A stretch of 44,565 nucleotides of DNA. Origin: Aquihabitans sp. (GTDB lineage Bacteria > Actinomycetota > Acidimicrobiia > Acidimicrobiales > Iamiaceae). Positions 1 to 10,522 of the stretch are shown here, piece by piece (within the stretch, counting starts at the first letter, position 1; every line of letters starts with the position of its first letter). Below the pieces are notes generated by a model that saw nothing but the letters and a program-made list of their open reading frames with translations, was not told the origin of the DNA and ran no database searches. A program made the translations under genes and the position numbers. Location of the stretch: contig JBDTBS010000238.1 of the NCBI GenBank assembly GCA_039924035.1, positions 1 through 44,565 on the forward strand, given 5' to 3'.

Positions 1-1
1 C

Positions 2-1783
2 GCCCTGGCCTGCCATCGCCGAATCGGAGCCGATGTCGCCCGAAGTCAGATCGGGCTGCCCGAGGTGATGCTCGGGGTATTGCCAGGGGCCGGAGGTGTC
101 GTACGGACCGTGCGACTGCTCGGGATCCAGAGTGCGCTCATGGCCGTGTTGATCACCGGCGACCGCATGAGTCCATCGAAAGCCCTGAAGGTCGGCCTCA
201 TCGATGAACTGGTCGACTCTGTCGATGCTCTCGTGCCTGCCGCCAAGGCCTGGATCAAAGCCAACCCCGACAGCCACGTACAACCCTGGGACACCGAAGG
301 TTTCGAGATCCCCGGAGGCAACCCGTCCACGCCATCCTTCATGGAGATCCTGCCCGCATTCCCTGCGAACCTCCGCAAACAGGTCAGAGGCCAGCCGATG
401 CCCGCCCCCCGGGCGATCATGGCTGCTGCCATCGAAGGTTCCCAGGTCGACTTCGAGACGGCGTCGACGATCGAGACGCGCTATTTCGTGAGCCTGGTCA
501 CCAGCCAAGTCGCGAAGAACATGATCCAAGCGTTCTTCTTCGATCTGCAGACGGTGCAGCGTGGCGACTCTCGGCCCGAACACGTCGAGAAGAGCAGGCC
601 CGCCAAGGTGGGGATCCTCGGGGCCGGGATGATGGGTGCAGGGATCGCCTATGTGACGGCCAAGGCCGGCTTCGATGTGGTCCTGAAAGACCTCACGGTC
701 GAAGCCGCGGCGAAGGGCAGGTCACATGCCGAGACGTTGGAGGCATCTGCTCTCGCCAAGGGTCGGACCACCGAGGAGCGATCGAAGGCTCTGCTCGACC
801 GGATCACGCCGACGGCTGACGCCGCCGACTTCGAAGGTGTCGACTTCGTCATCGAGGCCGTGTTCGAGAATGCCGAACTCAAGAGCGAGGTGTTCGCCGA
901 GATCGAAGGTCATGTCCGGCCCGGAGCAGTGCTGGGTTCGAACACGTCGTCGCTTCCGATCACAGGGCTGGCGCAGGGTGTTCAGCGTCCGGAGAACTTC
1001 GTCGGCATCCACTTCTTCTCGCCCGTCGAGAAAATGGATCCCATCGAGATCATCAGGGGTGAGAAGACCTCCGACGAAGCACTGGCGAGAGCCATCGACT
1101 TCGTGTTGGCGATCGGGAAGTACCCAATCGTGGTCAACGACGGGCGAGGGTTCTTCACGACCCGTGTGCTCGCAACGTTCCTCACCGAGGCCATCCAGAT
1201 GCTCCGCGACGGAGTCGATCCCGCGGTGATCGAGCAAGCAGCGCTCCAAGCCGGCTACCCCGCAGGGCCGCTACAACTAGCCGACGAACTGAGCCTCGTC
1301 ACCATGCGAAGGATCATGGACGAGAGGATCGCAGCCGCAACCCTCGATGGCACCGATGGCTCGGAGGCCGCTCTTGCCTCGGCCACGGTCATCGAATCGC
1401 TGTTGGATACGCACGGCCGAGGTGGCAAGCAGGCGGGCGCCGGCTTCTACGAGTACGTCGACGGAAAACGCGATCTGCTCTGGCCGGGCCTGCGCGCCGA
1501 GTACACGACCGATGCTGGGGCCGATGTTCCCTTCGAAGACCTGACCGACCGGTTCCTCTTCATCCAAGCTCTCGAGACACAGAAGTGCTTCGACGAGGGA
1601 GTGATCAGCTCGGATGCGAGCGCAAACATCGGGTCCATCTTCGGAATCGGATTCCCAGCCTGGACCGGTGGGGTACGCCAGTTCGTCTCGGGCTACCCCA
1701 GTGGCCGGGCCGCGTTCACAGCTCGCGCGCAAGCCCTCGCAGCAACCTACGGCCCCCGCTTCGAACCGAAATCGCCTGCCTGA
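2..1783 (+). CDS. fadB: Fatty-acid beta-oxidation multifunctional enzyme alpha subunit (enoyl-CoA hydratase/3-hydroxyacyl-CoA dehydrogenase), 5'-partial
   Basis: Frame is open from the window start (ALACHRRI...IGLPEVMLGVLPGAGG). Motifs: GILGAGMMGAGIA Rossmann fold, VIEAVFE, SNTSSLPI, GIHFFSPV, GIGFPAWTGG. Confidence 0.95.
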   Translation, partial: ALACHRRIGADVARSQIGLPEVMLGVLPGAGGVVRTVRLLGIQSALMAVLITGDRMSPSKALKVGLIDELVDSVDALVPAAKAWIKANPDSHVQPWDTEGFEIPGGNPSTPSFMEILPAFPANLRKQVRGQPMPAPRAIMAAAIEGSQVDFETASTIETRYFVSLVTSQVAKNMIQAFFFDLQTVQRGDSRPEHVEKSRPAKVGILGAGMMGAGIAYVTAKAGFDVVLKDLTVEAAAKGRSHAETLEASALAKGRTTEERSKALLDRITPTADAADFEGVDFVIEAVFENAELKSEVFAEIEGHVRPGAVLGSNTSSLPITGLAQGVQRPENFVGIHFFSPVEKMDPIEIIRGEKTSDEALARAIDFVLAIGKYPIVVNDGRGFFTTRVLATFLTEAIQMLRDGVDPAVIEQAALQAGYPAGPLQLADELSLVTMRRIMDERIAAATLDGTDGSEAALASATVIESLLDTHGRGGKQAGAGFYEYVDGKRDLLWPGLRAEYTTDAGADVPFEDLTDRFLFIQALETQKCFDEGVISSDASANIGSIFGIGFPAWTGGVRQFVSGYPSGRAAFTARAQALAATYGPRFEPKSPA

Positions 1784-1938
1784 CGGGGTCAGCCGACGGG
1801 TGGTGGGTGTCCTGGCCGATCGTCGCACTAGCGGTTGACGACGGACCGGGCGGGTGCGCACCGGGGGACGGTATGAGCCGTCGGAAGCGGCCATGGCGAG
1901 GTCTACGGTTTCTGCACAACTGATGACAGGATGAACGC

Positions 1939-3327
1939 ATGGTCGACCCGGTTCGCAACCAGCGCCTGCCCACCGAGCTGAAGGAATCCGACGTCGACGC
2001 CGCCTTGGCCCGCATCGAACAACGCGATGCAGCGCGTGCCCGCGATGGAGCACACGTGTACGAGACCCTGACGTGGGGCGAGGGTCCGGGCGCGCTCACT
2101 CAGCACGGCGTGCAGGACTGGCTCTGGTACCGGCTGCCCACGAAGTACCTGACCGATGAGCCGGTCTACATGGGGCGTATGGCAGAGATCGCCGCAGAGT
2201 TGTTCGACGAACTGGAATTGGATTGGTACGCGGCGATCTGCCGCTCGGAGACCACGGCCGAGGTGCACCGCGCTTTCGACCGGTCCGACGAAACGGGCCT
2301 CACGGCGATGAGCAAGGCCATGGACGAATCGGGCATCCGGCCTCCCGACCTCGACGATTTCCAATGGGGTCAGATCATGGGAATCGAGGAGTCGAACGCT
2401 CGGTCAGCGGTGGAGTTGGTGTTGGAACAGGCCATCGCGGACGGTGAGCTCGTCGTTGGGGCCCGCGCCTGGCGGGCGCGCCAGCGAAACGTGACCAGGC
2501 GGGCACTCGACGCCGATCACCCGGTCCAGCCCGGACAGTCCTGGCGCTCCGCAGTGACCACCGAACGGCTGAGTACCTGGACGAATGCCGGCTCGATGCG
2601 GTCCGAGGCGCTCGGCCGGCTGCGAGCACGAGTGGCCAACCGCTTGCTGCATCCCGTGGAACCCCCGCTCGACCTGGCCGATCGTCTGCGCCCGCTGACC
2701 TGGTATCTCGATCGGTTCGGCCCCGAACAGCCCCTAACCCAGGCGGGCTACTTGAACACGGCGTTCGTGGCCCAACTGCACACCGAACAACCGTGGGATG
2801 ACAAGTTCTCGCACGGTTCGCCGCCTCGTAGTGAGACCGATGCTCGCGACTTGCACGGACTTCGTTTGCGACTGGAAACGATTGGAGCGCTTCGCAAGTA
2901 CAGCAAGGTCGTGAAGCGCACGGCACGAGGAACCGAGATGGTGGACCACCCGCTCATCGCATGGACAGCTTTCACCAGTGAGATCGCTTCGAGCGCTTGG
3001 GACCGGTTCGCCATCGAGACGTGTGGCCTCGTGCTGGTCGACGTTGGCGGTTCAGCGGCGGTCAGAGACGTGACGTCCGCGGTGGCGAGGGTGGCGGGTG
3101 AGATGGGGTGGGGGACGTCGACCTACGAAGGCGAGCAAGACGAGCCGTCGCACTTCGATGTGTCGCTAGCGGTCGATGACACCATGGCCTTGCTCGAGCT
3201 GTTCGGTCTGCTCGATGTCAGCGACGATGGACGGCAGCGACGGTGGACCCTGACCCCGGCCGGAACGACGCTGGTGCTGACGCTGCTCCGCGAAGACGGC
3301 GTCGGCCCTCGCAACCAGCCGTGGTGA
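1939..3327 (+). CDS. Hypothetical protein (462 aa); C-terminal half resembles the helical domain seen in actinobacterial pRiA4b ORF-3-associated proteins
   Basis: Long GC-rich ORF. CAGGAT-N6-ATG suggests a leaderless start. Pattern LTQAGYL...PPRSETD...LRLRLETIGALRK...TARG. The domain call is from recall only. Confidence 0.75.
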   Translation: MVDPVRNQRLPTELKESDVDAALARIEQRDAARARDGAHVYETLTWGEGPGALTQHGVQDWLWYRLPTKYLTDEPVYMGRMAEIAAELFDELELDWYAAICRSETTAEVHRAFDRSDETGLTAMSKAMDESGIRPPDLDDFQWGQIMGIEESNARSAVELVLEQAIADGELVVGARAWRARQRNVTRRALDADHPVQPGQSWRSAVTTERLSTWTNAGSMRSEALGRLRARVANRLLHPVEPPLDLADRLRPLTWYLDRFGPEQPLTQAGYLNTAFVAQLHTEQPWDDKFSHGSPPRSETDARDLHGLRLRLETIGALRKYSKVVKRTARGTEMVDHPLIAWTAFTSEIASSAWDRFAIETCGLVLVDVGGSAAVRDVTSAVARVAGEMGWGTSTYEGEQDEPSHFDVSLAVDDTMALLELFGLLDVSDDGRQRRWTLTPAGTTLVLTLLREDGVGPRNQPW

Positions 3328-3541
3328 CTGCGGTCCCGGGAACGAACACAGCAACCCGAGCGGCCATGGAATCGTTGCTGCTGAGCAGCAATTTCGAGGT
3401 GGACCTAGACTTCCTCTCAGCCGAACACGGCTGCGTAAGGGTCAGTGTTCGGCACCCCGTGGTACTTCCAAGTGAGGAGGGCGACGTGATCATTGACTCC
3501 GTCATGGCTCCGCAGCGCAGCACGTTCAGTTGGAAACTCGA

Positions 3542-5134
3542 ATGGGCGGCAGGACTTTGAGCAACTACCGCAAGAAGCTTGGAATCCAGGATTCGCTCTG
3601 GCTCCTCATGGACCGTCCGAACAACCTGATGGTCGTCGACTCGGTCATCTGGACAGCCGAACCTCTGGACCGGGATCGCACCCGGGAAGTGTTGACCGAA
3701 CGCTTGTGGAACCGGTACCCGGTGTTTCGCAGCCTCGCGGTGAAGGACAGTGACGGCGATTGGTGGTGGGAAGAGGACCCCACGGCCAAACTCGAAGACG
3801 TCATCACCTATGTGGAACTCGACGATCCGGACGACCCCCGTTCGTTGCAAGAGTTGGTGGCTGCGCACCGCACCGAGCCGCTCGGCCTGGACCGACCACT
3901 GTGGAGAGTTCTATGGGTGGATCGATACCTGGGCGGCAGCGCGCTGATCGTGCGGTCCCATCACTCCGTCGCCGACGGCATGCGGATGGTGCAGTTGTCC
4001 ATGTCGCTGTTCGGTGCCTCACCTGAAGGCGGCGCCATCCTCGCCCCTGCGGTGGATCACTACGGAGCGCATACCGCGATGCCTGCCCCCTCGACGGGTG
4101 AACGCACGCTCTCGGTCATGGGCGCGCTGGGCGACCAGGCCACCGGCACCGTAGGGGCCGCCGTCACCGCGGTCCGGGAGGCCGTTTCACTTGCCTGGCG
4201 TGTTCCCGGAGCGATTGTTGGCACGGCAGGCGAGGCCCGCGGAGCAGTCACCAACCCGTTCGGGGCTTTGCATGGTTGGATCAATGCCGCTTGGGTTGTC
4301 GGCAACGAAACCGTTGCGGAGGCAGGAGAGATAGCACGCTCGGCCCTGATGGGTAGCGGACCGCTGGTGGAGGTGTTCTCGGGGGTACCGGGCGACATCG
4401 ATACCATCCGCAAGCTGCTGCTCGGTACCCGCAACAACGCTGCCATCTGGACCGGCAGCGCCAGCGACGACAAGGCCGTCTCCTGGTCCGAGCCGCTCTC
4501 TCTCGCCGAGGTCAAGCAGATAGCACGCTCCGAGCGGGTAACGGTCAATGACGTCCTCGCTACTTGCGTCGCTGGCGCATTGCACCGCTACTTGGTGGAC
4601 CGCGACCAGCACTGCGCCTCGGTGACGTTCATGGTGCCGGTCAACCTGACGCCGATCGACCTGACCTTGCCCGAAGAACTTGGCAACAGCTTCGCGTTGG
4701 TGCAACTCGAGTTGCCCACCGACGAACCAGACCTGGTGGCGGTGCTACACGTGGTGCGTCGCCGAATGGACCGCATCAAACACGGCCACGAGGCCGCCGT
4801 GGCCTTCCGCGTCCAGGAGACCGTCGCGGGGCTGAGCCGATCTGTCTACGAAGCTTCGGTCGATCTCCTCGCCAATCGGACCGTGGGTGTCCTGACCAAC
4901 GTGCCCGGTCCGCCAATGCCCGTCTACCTGGCCGGGTGCCGTGTCGAGGGCATGACCGGTTGGGCGCCTCTGTCTGGTGATCAGCCGATGAGCTTCACCA
5001 TCTACAGCTATGACGGCCGGGTCACCGTCGGGGTGGCTTGCGACCGTCAGCTGATCCCCGATCACGAAGCTCTCGTCGTCGGTTTCGTGGATGCATTCGC
5101 AGATCTCCGAGCCCGCGTCAGCGGAGCGCAATGA
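3542..5134 (+). CDS. Wax ester synthase/diacylglycerol acyltransferase (WS/DGAT)
   Basis: Catalytic HHSVADG, RPLW, TVNDVLA, VPVNL, LGN and TNVPGP motifs. Start is uncertain (ATG 3542 or TTG 3557). Confidence 0.93.
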   Translation: MGGRTLSNYRKKLGIQDSLWLLMDRPNNLMVVDSVIWTAEPLDRDRTREVLTERLWNRYPVFRSLAVKDSDGDWWWEEDPTAKLEDVITYVELDDPDDPRSLQELVAAHRTEPLGLDRPLWRVLWVDRYLGGSALIVRSHHSVADGMRMVQLSMSLFGASPEGGAILAPAVDHYGAHTAMPAPSTGERTLSVMGALGDQATGTVGAAVTAVREAVSLAWRVPGAIVGTAGEARGAVTNPFGALHGWINAAWVVGNETVAEAGEIARSALMGSGPLVEVFSGVPGDIDTIRKLLLGTRNNAAIWTGSASDDKAVSWSEPLSLAEVKQIARSERVTVNDVLATCVAGALHRYLVDRDQHCASVTFMVPVNLTPIDLTLPEELGNSFALVQLELPTDEPDLVAVLHVVRRRMDRIKHGHEAAVAFRVQETVAGLSRSVYEASVDLLANRTVGVLTNVPGPPMPVYLAGCRVEGMTGWAPLSGDQPMSFTIYSYDGRVTVGVACDRQLIPDHEALVVGFVDAFADLRARVSGAQ

Positions 5135-5394
5135 CCAGAGCGTCCAAGCCGAAGCGTTTCTCCGGTTCGAGTACCCAGGACCCCCTCTCGCAGCATGTCC
5201 TGCTTCGGACGCTGCCCCTTCGCGAGGCGACTGGAGAGGGGCATCGTGCATCGACGATTGCCGCTGGCGGTACTCAAACGATGGCCATTGCCGAAGAGTA
5301 GACAGGCTCTCCAGCCATAGCGACACGTCAACATCCATCGCCCGTGGTGATCGAGCCGCGGTTCCATGGAAGCGGACGCGGGTAGGACGGTCTG

Positions 5395-7860
5395 GTGATT
5401 CACGACCCGACCGACCGCTTCGTCCGCGTCCGGGGGGCCAGAGAGCACAACCTCAAGAACGTCGATGTCGACGTCCCCCGCAATGAGCTGGTTGTCTTCA
5501 CTGGGGTCTCCGGGTCGGGAAAGTCCTCGCTTGCCTTCGGTACCCTCTACGCCGAGGCGCAGCGCCGCTACTTCGAGTCTGTGGCGCCCTATGCCCGGCG
5601 GCTGCTGCAACAGGTCGGCGCCCCACATGTCGAAGAGATCACCGGCCTGCCTCCGGCCGTGGCCTTGCAGCAGCGTCGAGGCTCATCTAGCTCCCGGTCC
5701 ACCGTGGGGACCCTGACCACGCTGTCCAACCTGCTCAGAATGCTCTACTCGCGTGCTGGGACCTATCCCATGGATGCCACACGTTTGGATGCCGAGTCGT
5801 TCTCGCCCAACACCGCCGCCGGAGCGTGCCCACGATGCCATGGGCTCGGTGAAGAGCACGACGTGGTCGAGGAGTTGATGGTCCCCGACACGTCCCTCAG
5901 CATTCGTGACGGCGCCATCGCCGCCTGGCCTGGCGCTTGGCAGGGTGCCAATCAGCGCAGCATCGTTTCCGGGTTGGGAATCGACATCGATATCCCATGG
6001 GCGGAGTTGCCGAAGAAGGACCGGGACTGGTTGCTCTTCACTGACGAACAGCCGTCGGTGCTGATCAAGCCTGAACGGGATCGAATCGACCACAGCTACC
6101 ACGGCAAGTTCTGGAGCGCCCGGGCCTACGTGCACCACGTGCTGGCGACGTCGGCGAGCCAGATGATGCGAGACAAGTCGATGCGTTTCGTTCGCAGCGT
6201 CGAATGTGGGCTGTGCCAGGGCACTGGGCTTCAGGTGGCATCGCTGGCGGTCACCTTCGGCGGTCTGAACATCGCGCAGACCAATGCCTTGTCGTTCACC
6301 GACCTCGTGGAACTGCTACGCCCAGTGGCCATGCTCACCGGCGCGGCAGCAGCCACGTCGACCGCCGACTCAGGAGAGCAGACCGAGGTAGCAGTGCGCC
6401 TGTGCGCAGACCTGGTGGCCCGGATCGAGGTGCTCCTCGACCTCGGCCTCGGCTATCTCTCGCTGGGTCGCACCTCGACCACGCTCTCGCCCGGAGAGGC
6501 GCAGCGACTGCGGATCGCCACGCAGTTGCGATCCGGGCTCTTCGGAGTGGTGTACGTCCTCGACGAGCCGTCAGCCGGGTTGCACCCGGCCGACGCCGAG
6601 CCGTTGCTCACCGTCCTGGAACGGCTCAAGAGCGCCGGCAACTCGTTGTTCGTCGTCGAGCACGATATGGAGGTCGTGCGCCGAGCCGACTGGGTCGTCG
6701 ACATTGGTCCCCACGCCGGCGAAGGCGGGGGACAAGTGCTCTACTCCGGGCCGGTGCCCGGGCTCGAGTACGTAGAGGGGTCCATCACCGGCGACCACCT
6801 CTTCGGTCGAGCTGAGCCTCTCGGGCGCCATGAGCGCACTCCAAAGGGCTGGATCCACCTGCGTGGCATCACCCGTCACAACCTCGTCGATGTTTCTGTG
6901 GATGTGCCGTTGTGCGTCCTGACCGCGGTCACCGGCGTCTCCGGCTCCGGAAAGTCGACGCTGGTCTCGCAGGTCCTTGCTGACCTGGTCCGTGAGCACC
7001 TTGGCCAAGCCCCCGACGACGACGAGACCAGCCTGGCGGTCGACGTCGATGCTGCAACTGGACTGGAGTCCTTCGATCGTCTGGTGGTCGTGGATCAGCG
7101 TCCGATCGGGCGCACCCCCCGTTCGAACTTGGCCACGTACACCGGCATGTTCGATGCGGTTCGCCGGCTCTTCGCCGACACCGACGAGGCGAAGGCCCGC
7201 GGCTACTCACCGGGCCGATTTTCCTTCAACGTGGCCGAGGGACGCTGCGAGACCTGCAAGGGCGAGGGGTTCGTGTCCGTCGAGCTGCTCTTCCTGCCCG
7301 GCACCTATGCGCCCTGCCCGACCTGTCACGGGGCGCGCTACAACGCCGAGACCCTGCAGATCGACTATCGCGGCAAGACCATCGCCGACGTGCTGGCCCT
7401 CTCCGTCGACGAGGCGGTCCACTTCCTGGTCGACGTACCGGCCGCGGTGCGTAGCCTCAAAACGTTGCGCGAGGTCGGGCTCGGCTACTTGAGGTTGGGC
7501 CAGCCGGCCACCGAGCTCAGCGGTGGCGAAGCTCAACGGATCAAGTTGGCGACCGAGCTTCAGCGAGCTCGCCGGGGACACGCGCTCTACCTCCTAGATG
7601 AGCCCACATCGGGCCTGCACCCCGCTGACATCGCCCTCCTTCTGCGGCAGTTGCATCGCCTCGTCGATGCCGGTAACACCGTCGTTCTGGTCGAGCACGA
7701 TCTCGACACCATTGCCACCGCAGACTGGGTGATCGACCTGGGCCCAGGCGGGGGTGACGAGGGCGGCCGGGTGGTGGCGACCGGGACCCCGCTCGACGTC
7801 GCCCGCTCCACCGACAGCGCCACCGCGCCCTACCTTGCCGGTCGGCTCGAGTCCGGTTGA
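5395..7860 (+). CDS. uvrA: Class II UvrA-like ABC ATPase (UvrA2/DrrC type, lacking the UvrB-binding domain)
   Basis: GAREHNLKN, two GVSGSGKS Walker A motifs, LSPGEAQR and LSGGEAQR signatures, LDEP Walker B, CxxC zinc ligands. Only 821 aa. Confidence 0.92.
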   Translation: MIHDPTDRFVRVRGAREHNLKNVDVDVPRNELVVFTGVSGSGKSSLAFGTLYAEAQRRYFESVAPYARRLLQQVGAPHVEEITGLPPAVALQQRRGSSSSRSTVGTLTTLSNLLRMLYSRAGTYPMDATRLDAESFSPNTAAGACPRCHGLGEEHDVVEELMVPDTSLSIRDGAIAAWPGAWQGANQRSIVSGLGIDIDIPWAELPKKDRDWLLFTDEQPSVLIKPERDRIDHSYHGKFWSARAYVHHVLATSASQMMRDKSMRFVRSVECGLCQGTGLQVASLAVTFGGLNIAQTNALSFTDLVELLRPVAMLTGAAAATSTADSGEQTEVAVRLCADLVARIEVLLDLGLGYLSLGRTSTTLSPGEAQRLRIATQLRSGLFGVVYVLDEPSAGLHPADAEPLLTVLERLKSAGNSLFVVEHDMEVVRRADWVVDIGPHAGEGGGQVLYSGPVPGLEYVEGSITGDHLFGRAEPLGRHERTPKGWIHLRGITRHNLVDVSVDVPLCVLTAVTGVSGSGKSTLVSQVLADLVREHLGQAPDDDETSLAVDVDAATGLESFDRLVVVDQRPIGRTPRSNLATYTGMFDAVRRLFADTDEAKARGYSPGRFSFNVAEGRCETCKGEGFVSVELLFLPGTYAPCPTCHGARYNAETLQIDYRGKTIADVLALSVDEAVHFLVDVPAAVRSLKTLREVGLGYLRLGQPATELSGGEAQRIKLATELQRARRGHALYLLDEPTSGLHPADIALLLRQLHRLVDAGNTVVLVEHDLDTIATADWVIDLGPGGGDEGGRVVATGTPLDVARSTDSATAPYLAGRLESG

Positions 7861-7910
7861 TCGTCGCCGCCGTCTCCGCAGTGGGCGGGCGCCGTATCGA
7901 ATGCTGGCTT

Positions 7911-8459
7911 CTATTCGGGGCCCTCGGGCTGGTTGAACCATCCGTGGAGAGCGTCGATGGCCGAGTCGACGACCACGACATTGGGGCGATTGGCATCGAT
8001 GATGATCGCCTCATCGGCCCCCGGCACCTCAAGCTCGGCGAACTGGTTGGCTACCAGCTCCAAAGGCATGAAGTGGCCTCGGCGGTTGCTGACTCGTTCG
8101 ACGATCGCGGGTTGGGGCACGTCGAGGTGGATGATCCGTTCGTTGGTCACACCGTCCACCAGGGCTCGCCGAAACGCGTGTTTCAGAGCCGAACAGGCCA
8201 GGACGACCGCGACTCCTTCGCTTTGTCTCGTGCGTAACATTTGGTTCAAGGCTTCGAGCCAAGGTTCCCGGTCCGTGTCGGTGAGAGCGTGACCGGCGCG
8301 CATCTTCGCAACATTCGACTCCGGGTGGACGTCGTCGGCATCGACGAAGCTCCACCCCAAGCGGCTGGCCACCTCTCGGCCGATTTGGGTCTTGCCGCTG
8401 CCGGCCACACCCATCACGATCAAGACCGGAGCAGCAGCTGGGATCGTGCTGGAAGCCAC
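7911..8459 (-). CDS. gntK: Gluconokinase (GntK/IdnK family)
   Basis: MGVAGSGKT P-loop, DADDVHPESNVAKMRAGHALTDTDREPW, LACSALK, GHFMP. Confidence 0.93.
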   Translation of the reverse strand: MASSTIPAAAPVLIVMGVAGSGKTQIGREVASRLGWSFVDADDVHPESNVAKMRAGHALTDTDREPWLEALNQMLRTRQSEGVAVVLACSALKHAFRRALVDGVTNERIIHLDVPQPAIVERVSNRRGHFMPLELVANQFAELEVPGADEAIIIDANRPNVVVVDSAIDALHGWFNQPEGPE

Positions 8460-8469
8460 CGACTCGTCT

Positions 8470-9273
8470 TCAGGCTGTGGTGGGCTGGAGAAGTTCCCCG
8501 AGCTTGGCGATCACTGGGGCTAGCACCGCGACCTGCGCGGCGGTGCCGACGCACTCGGTGATGCCAGCGCCGACGACATTGAACTCCCGCAGGGAGTCGA
8601 GAGATGCCAAGAGCTGGGGAATGGTCAGTCCGTTGGGCTCCGGCATGTTGTGTCCGTCGAACTCTGAAGGGTCGAGGACGTCGACGTCGATGTGGACGTA
8701 GACGTGGGAGGCGCCGCTCAGCACAGTGGCGGGTTCCAAGGTCGTGATTCCCATGCCCCGGTCGATGGCTGCTCGCTCGGCCGTCACGGCCGCCCGAGCA
8801 TCGATGAGGGCCACCTTCTTGGGGTCGACCGTTTGGCTCGCGGTGAGCGCCGGGTCTCCCTTGCCCAGCAACCCTGCGAGCACCATGGCGTGGTATGCGC
8901 CGTTGTTCGAGTCTTCGGGGGTTTTGAGGTCGGGGTGGGCGTCGAACCAGGCCACACCGAGGCCGGTTCCGTACCGCTCACGGAGTACACGGATGGGCTC
9001 GAACTCCACTCCGCAGTCGCCGCCGATGGTCAGAATTGGCTCCTCGATGCCCGCCACTGCTGCTCGCTGCGCTTCGAGGTTGGGTCCGGTGAGTATGGCG
9101 CGGTTGGCGACCCCGGCTTCGGTGGGCGAGGTGGCCCGATCTTGGGGGACCTTGTTGAACGGCACATCCAGGATTCGCGATGCCAAAGTGGCGAGGGCGA
9201 TGCATCCGTCGGGCATTTCCTGCGCGCGCTTGGTAACCGCTCCCTGGAACTGGGGCACAGCATTGAGTCTCAT
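8470..9273 (-). CDS. Arginase/ureohydrolase family protein
   Basis: GGDC, WFDAHPD and HIDVDVLDP metal-binding motifs. Confidence 0.88.
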   Translation of the reverse strand: MRLNAVPQFQGAVTKRAQEMPDGCIALATLASRILDVPFNKVPQDRATSPTEAGVANRAILTGPNLEAQRAAVAGIEEPILTIGGDCGVEFEPIRVLRERYGTGLGVAWFDAHPDLKTPEDSNNGAYHAMVLAGLLGKGDPALTASQTVDPKKVALIDARAAVTAERAAIDRGMGITTLEPATVLSGASHVYVHIDVDVLDPSEFDGHNMPEPNGLTIPQLLASLDSLREFNVVGAGITECVGTAAQVAVLAPVIAKLGELLQPTTA

Positions 9274-9490
9274 GTCACGCGGGTACCCGAACCCCGAAGA
9301 AGTAAACCCCCACCATGACGGCCGGAACGGTTAGCCGTGCCCGTCGCGATGATCTCCGTCATAATGAGCCCGTGTCCGCCCAGATTGAACTGTCGCTCAG
9401 CCTGCTGGTTCCGCTTTGCAATTCGCTTCACCTGACGGGTGCCCCTCTTCCGCTCGGCCGATGCTCGGCCACGGTGCGGGGAGTTCACCC

Positions 9491-10522
9491 GTGATTGCTC
9501 GCGTTCTGGACGAGCTCGGCTTCTATGCGTTGGCTGGTCAACCCGCTTCGTCACGGGATCTCGTGAGCGAGGTGGTGGAAGGTGAAGCGCTGGGGCTGGG
9601 CACGGTGTTCATCTCCGAGCGTTACAACAAGAAGGAAGCGGCCACGCTCGCTGGTGCCGCAGGCGCGGTGAGCGAGCGCATCACCATCCAGACCGCCGCC
9701 ACCAACCACAACACCCGCCATCCCATGGTCACCGCCGGATTCGCACGGACGATGCAGAGTCTCACCGGTGGCCGCTTCGTCCTCGGACTAGGGCGCGGAA
9801 TCCCCCTCCAACAGGATGCTTTCGGCATGGGAAGGATCACCACCGCCGAGATGGAGGACTTCGCCGAGCTCATGCGTCGCTTGTTCCGCGGTGAGGTCAT
9901 CATGGGACACGACGGTCCCGCCGGCTCATGGCCCGTCCTGCACCTCGATGCCACCCTCGATGAGCACCTGCCCATGAGCCTGGTGGCCTTCGGTCCCCGA
10001 TCGTTGGACCTCGGCGGTCGCTGCTTCGACGAGGTGGTGCTCCACACGTTCTTCACCGACGAGACCACAGCTCGATGCGTCCAGACGGTGAAGCAGGCCG
10101 CCGAACGGGCCGGTCGAGATCCTGACGCCGTGAAGGTGTGGTCCTGTCTGGCAACCATCGGAGACCACATCGACGAGGACCTGCGACTCATGAAGCAGGT
10201 CGGCCGATTGGCCACCTACCTCCAGGGCTACGGCGAGCTGCTGGTTCGCACCAACGGGTGGGACCAGCAGGTGCTCCAGCAGATCCTGGCCGACCCCGTG
10301 GTTTCGAGCGTCCGCGGCCTCGACGTGGTCGGCACCGCCGAGCAACTCGAGCACGTGGCTGGGCTCATCCCCGACGAATGGTTGGCTCCCGCCGCAACCG
10401 GTACCCCAGCCCAATGTGTGGCTGCGGTGCGCCACCAGTTCGACCTCGGGTGCGACGGTGTGATCATGCACGGTGCCACGCCCGCAGAGCTGGCCCCGAT
10501 CGTGGCCGAGTACCGCTCATGA
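9491..10522 (+). CDS. LLM-class, probably F420-dependent oxidoreductase (TIGR03857-like)
   Basis: VLDELGFYALAG, FISERYN.KEAATLAGA, ATNHNTRHP, GRFVLGLGRG, VVLHTFFTDETT. GTG start at 9491 follows GGGGAG. Confidence 0.88.
   Translation: MIARVLDELGFYALAGQPASSRDLVSEVVEGEALGLGTVFISERYNKKEAATLAGAAGAVSERITIQTAATNHNTRHPMVTAGFARTMQSLTGGRFVLGLGRGIPLQQDAFGMGRITTAEMEDFAELMRRLFRGEVIMGHDGPAGSWPVLHLDATLDEHLPMSLVAFGPRSLDLGGRCFDEVVLHTFFTDETTARCVQTVKQAAERAGRDPDAVKVWSCLATIGDHIDEDLRLMKQVGRLATYLQGYGELLVRTNGWDQQVLQQILADPVVSSVRGLDVVGTAEQLEHVAGLIPDEWLAPAATGTPAQCVAAVRHQFDLGCDGVIMHGATPAELAPIVAEYRS

Noticed and set aside
5135-5394. LexA box or riboswitch upstream of the uvrA-like gene
   Set aside because: No GAAC-N4-GTTC site and no recognisable aptamer consensus.
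10138-10518. ORF-track N-terminal extensions (10138, 9416, 16347, 23421, 33546, 37198)
   Set aside because: They overlap neighbouring genes or lack family similarity; downstream starts fit RBS, coupling or leaderless signals better.
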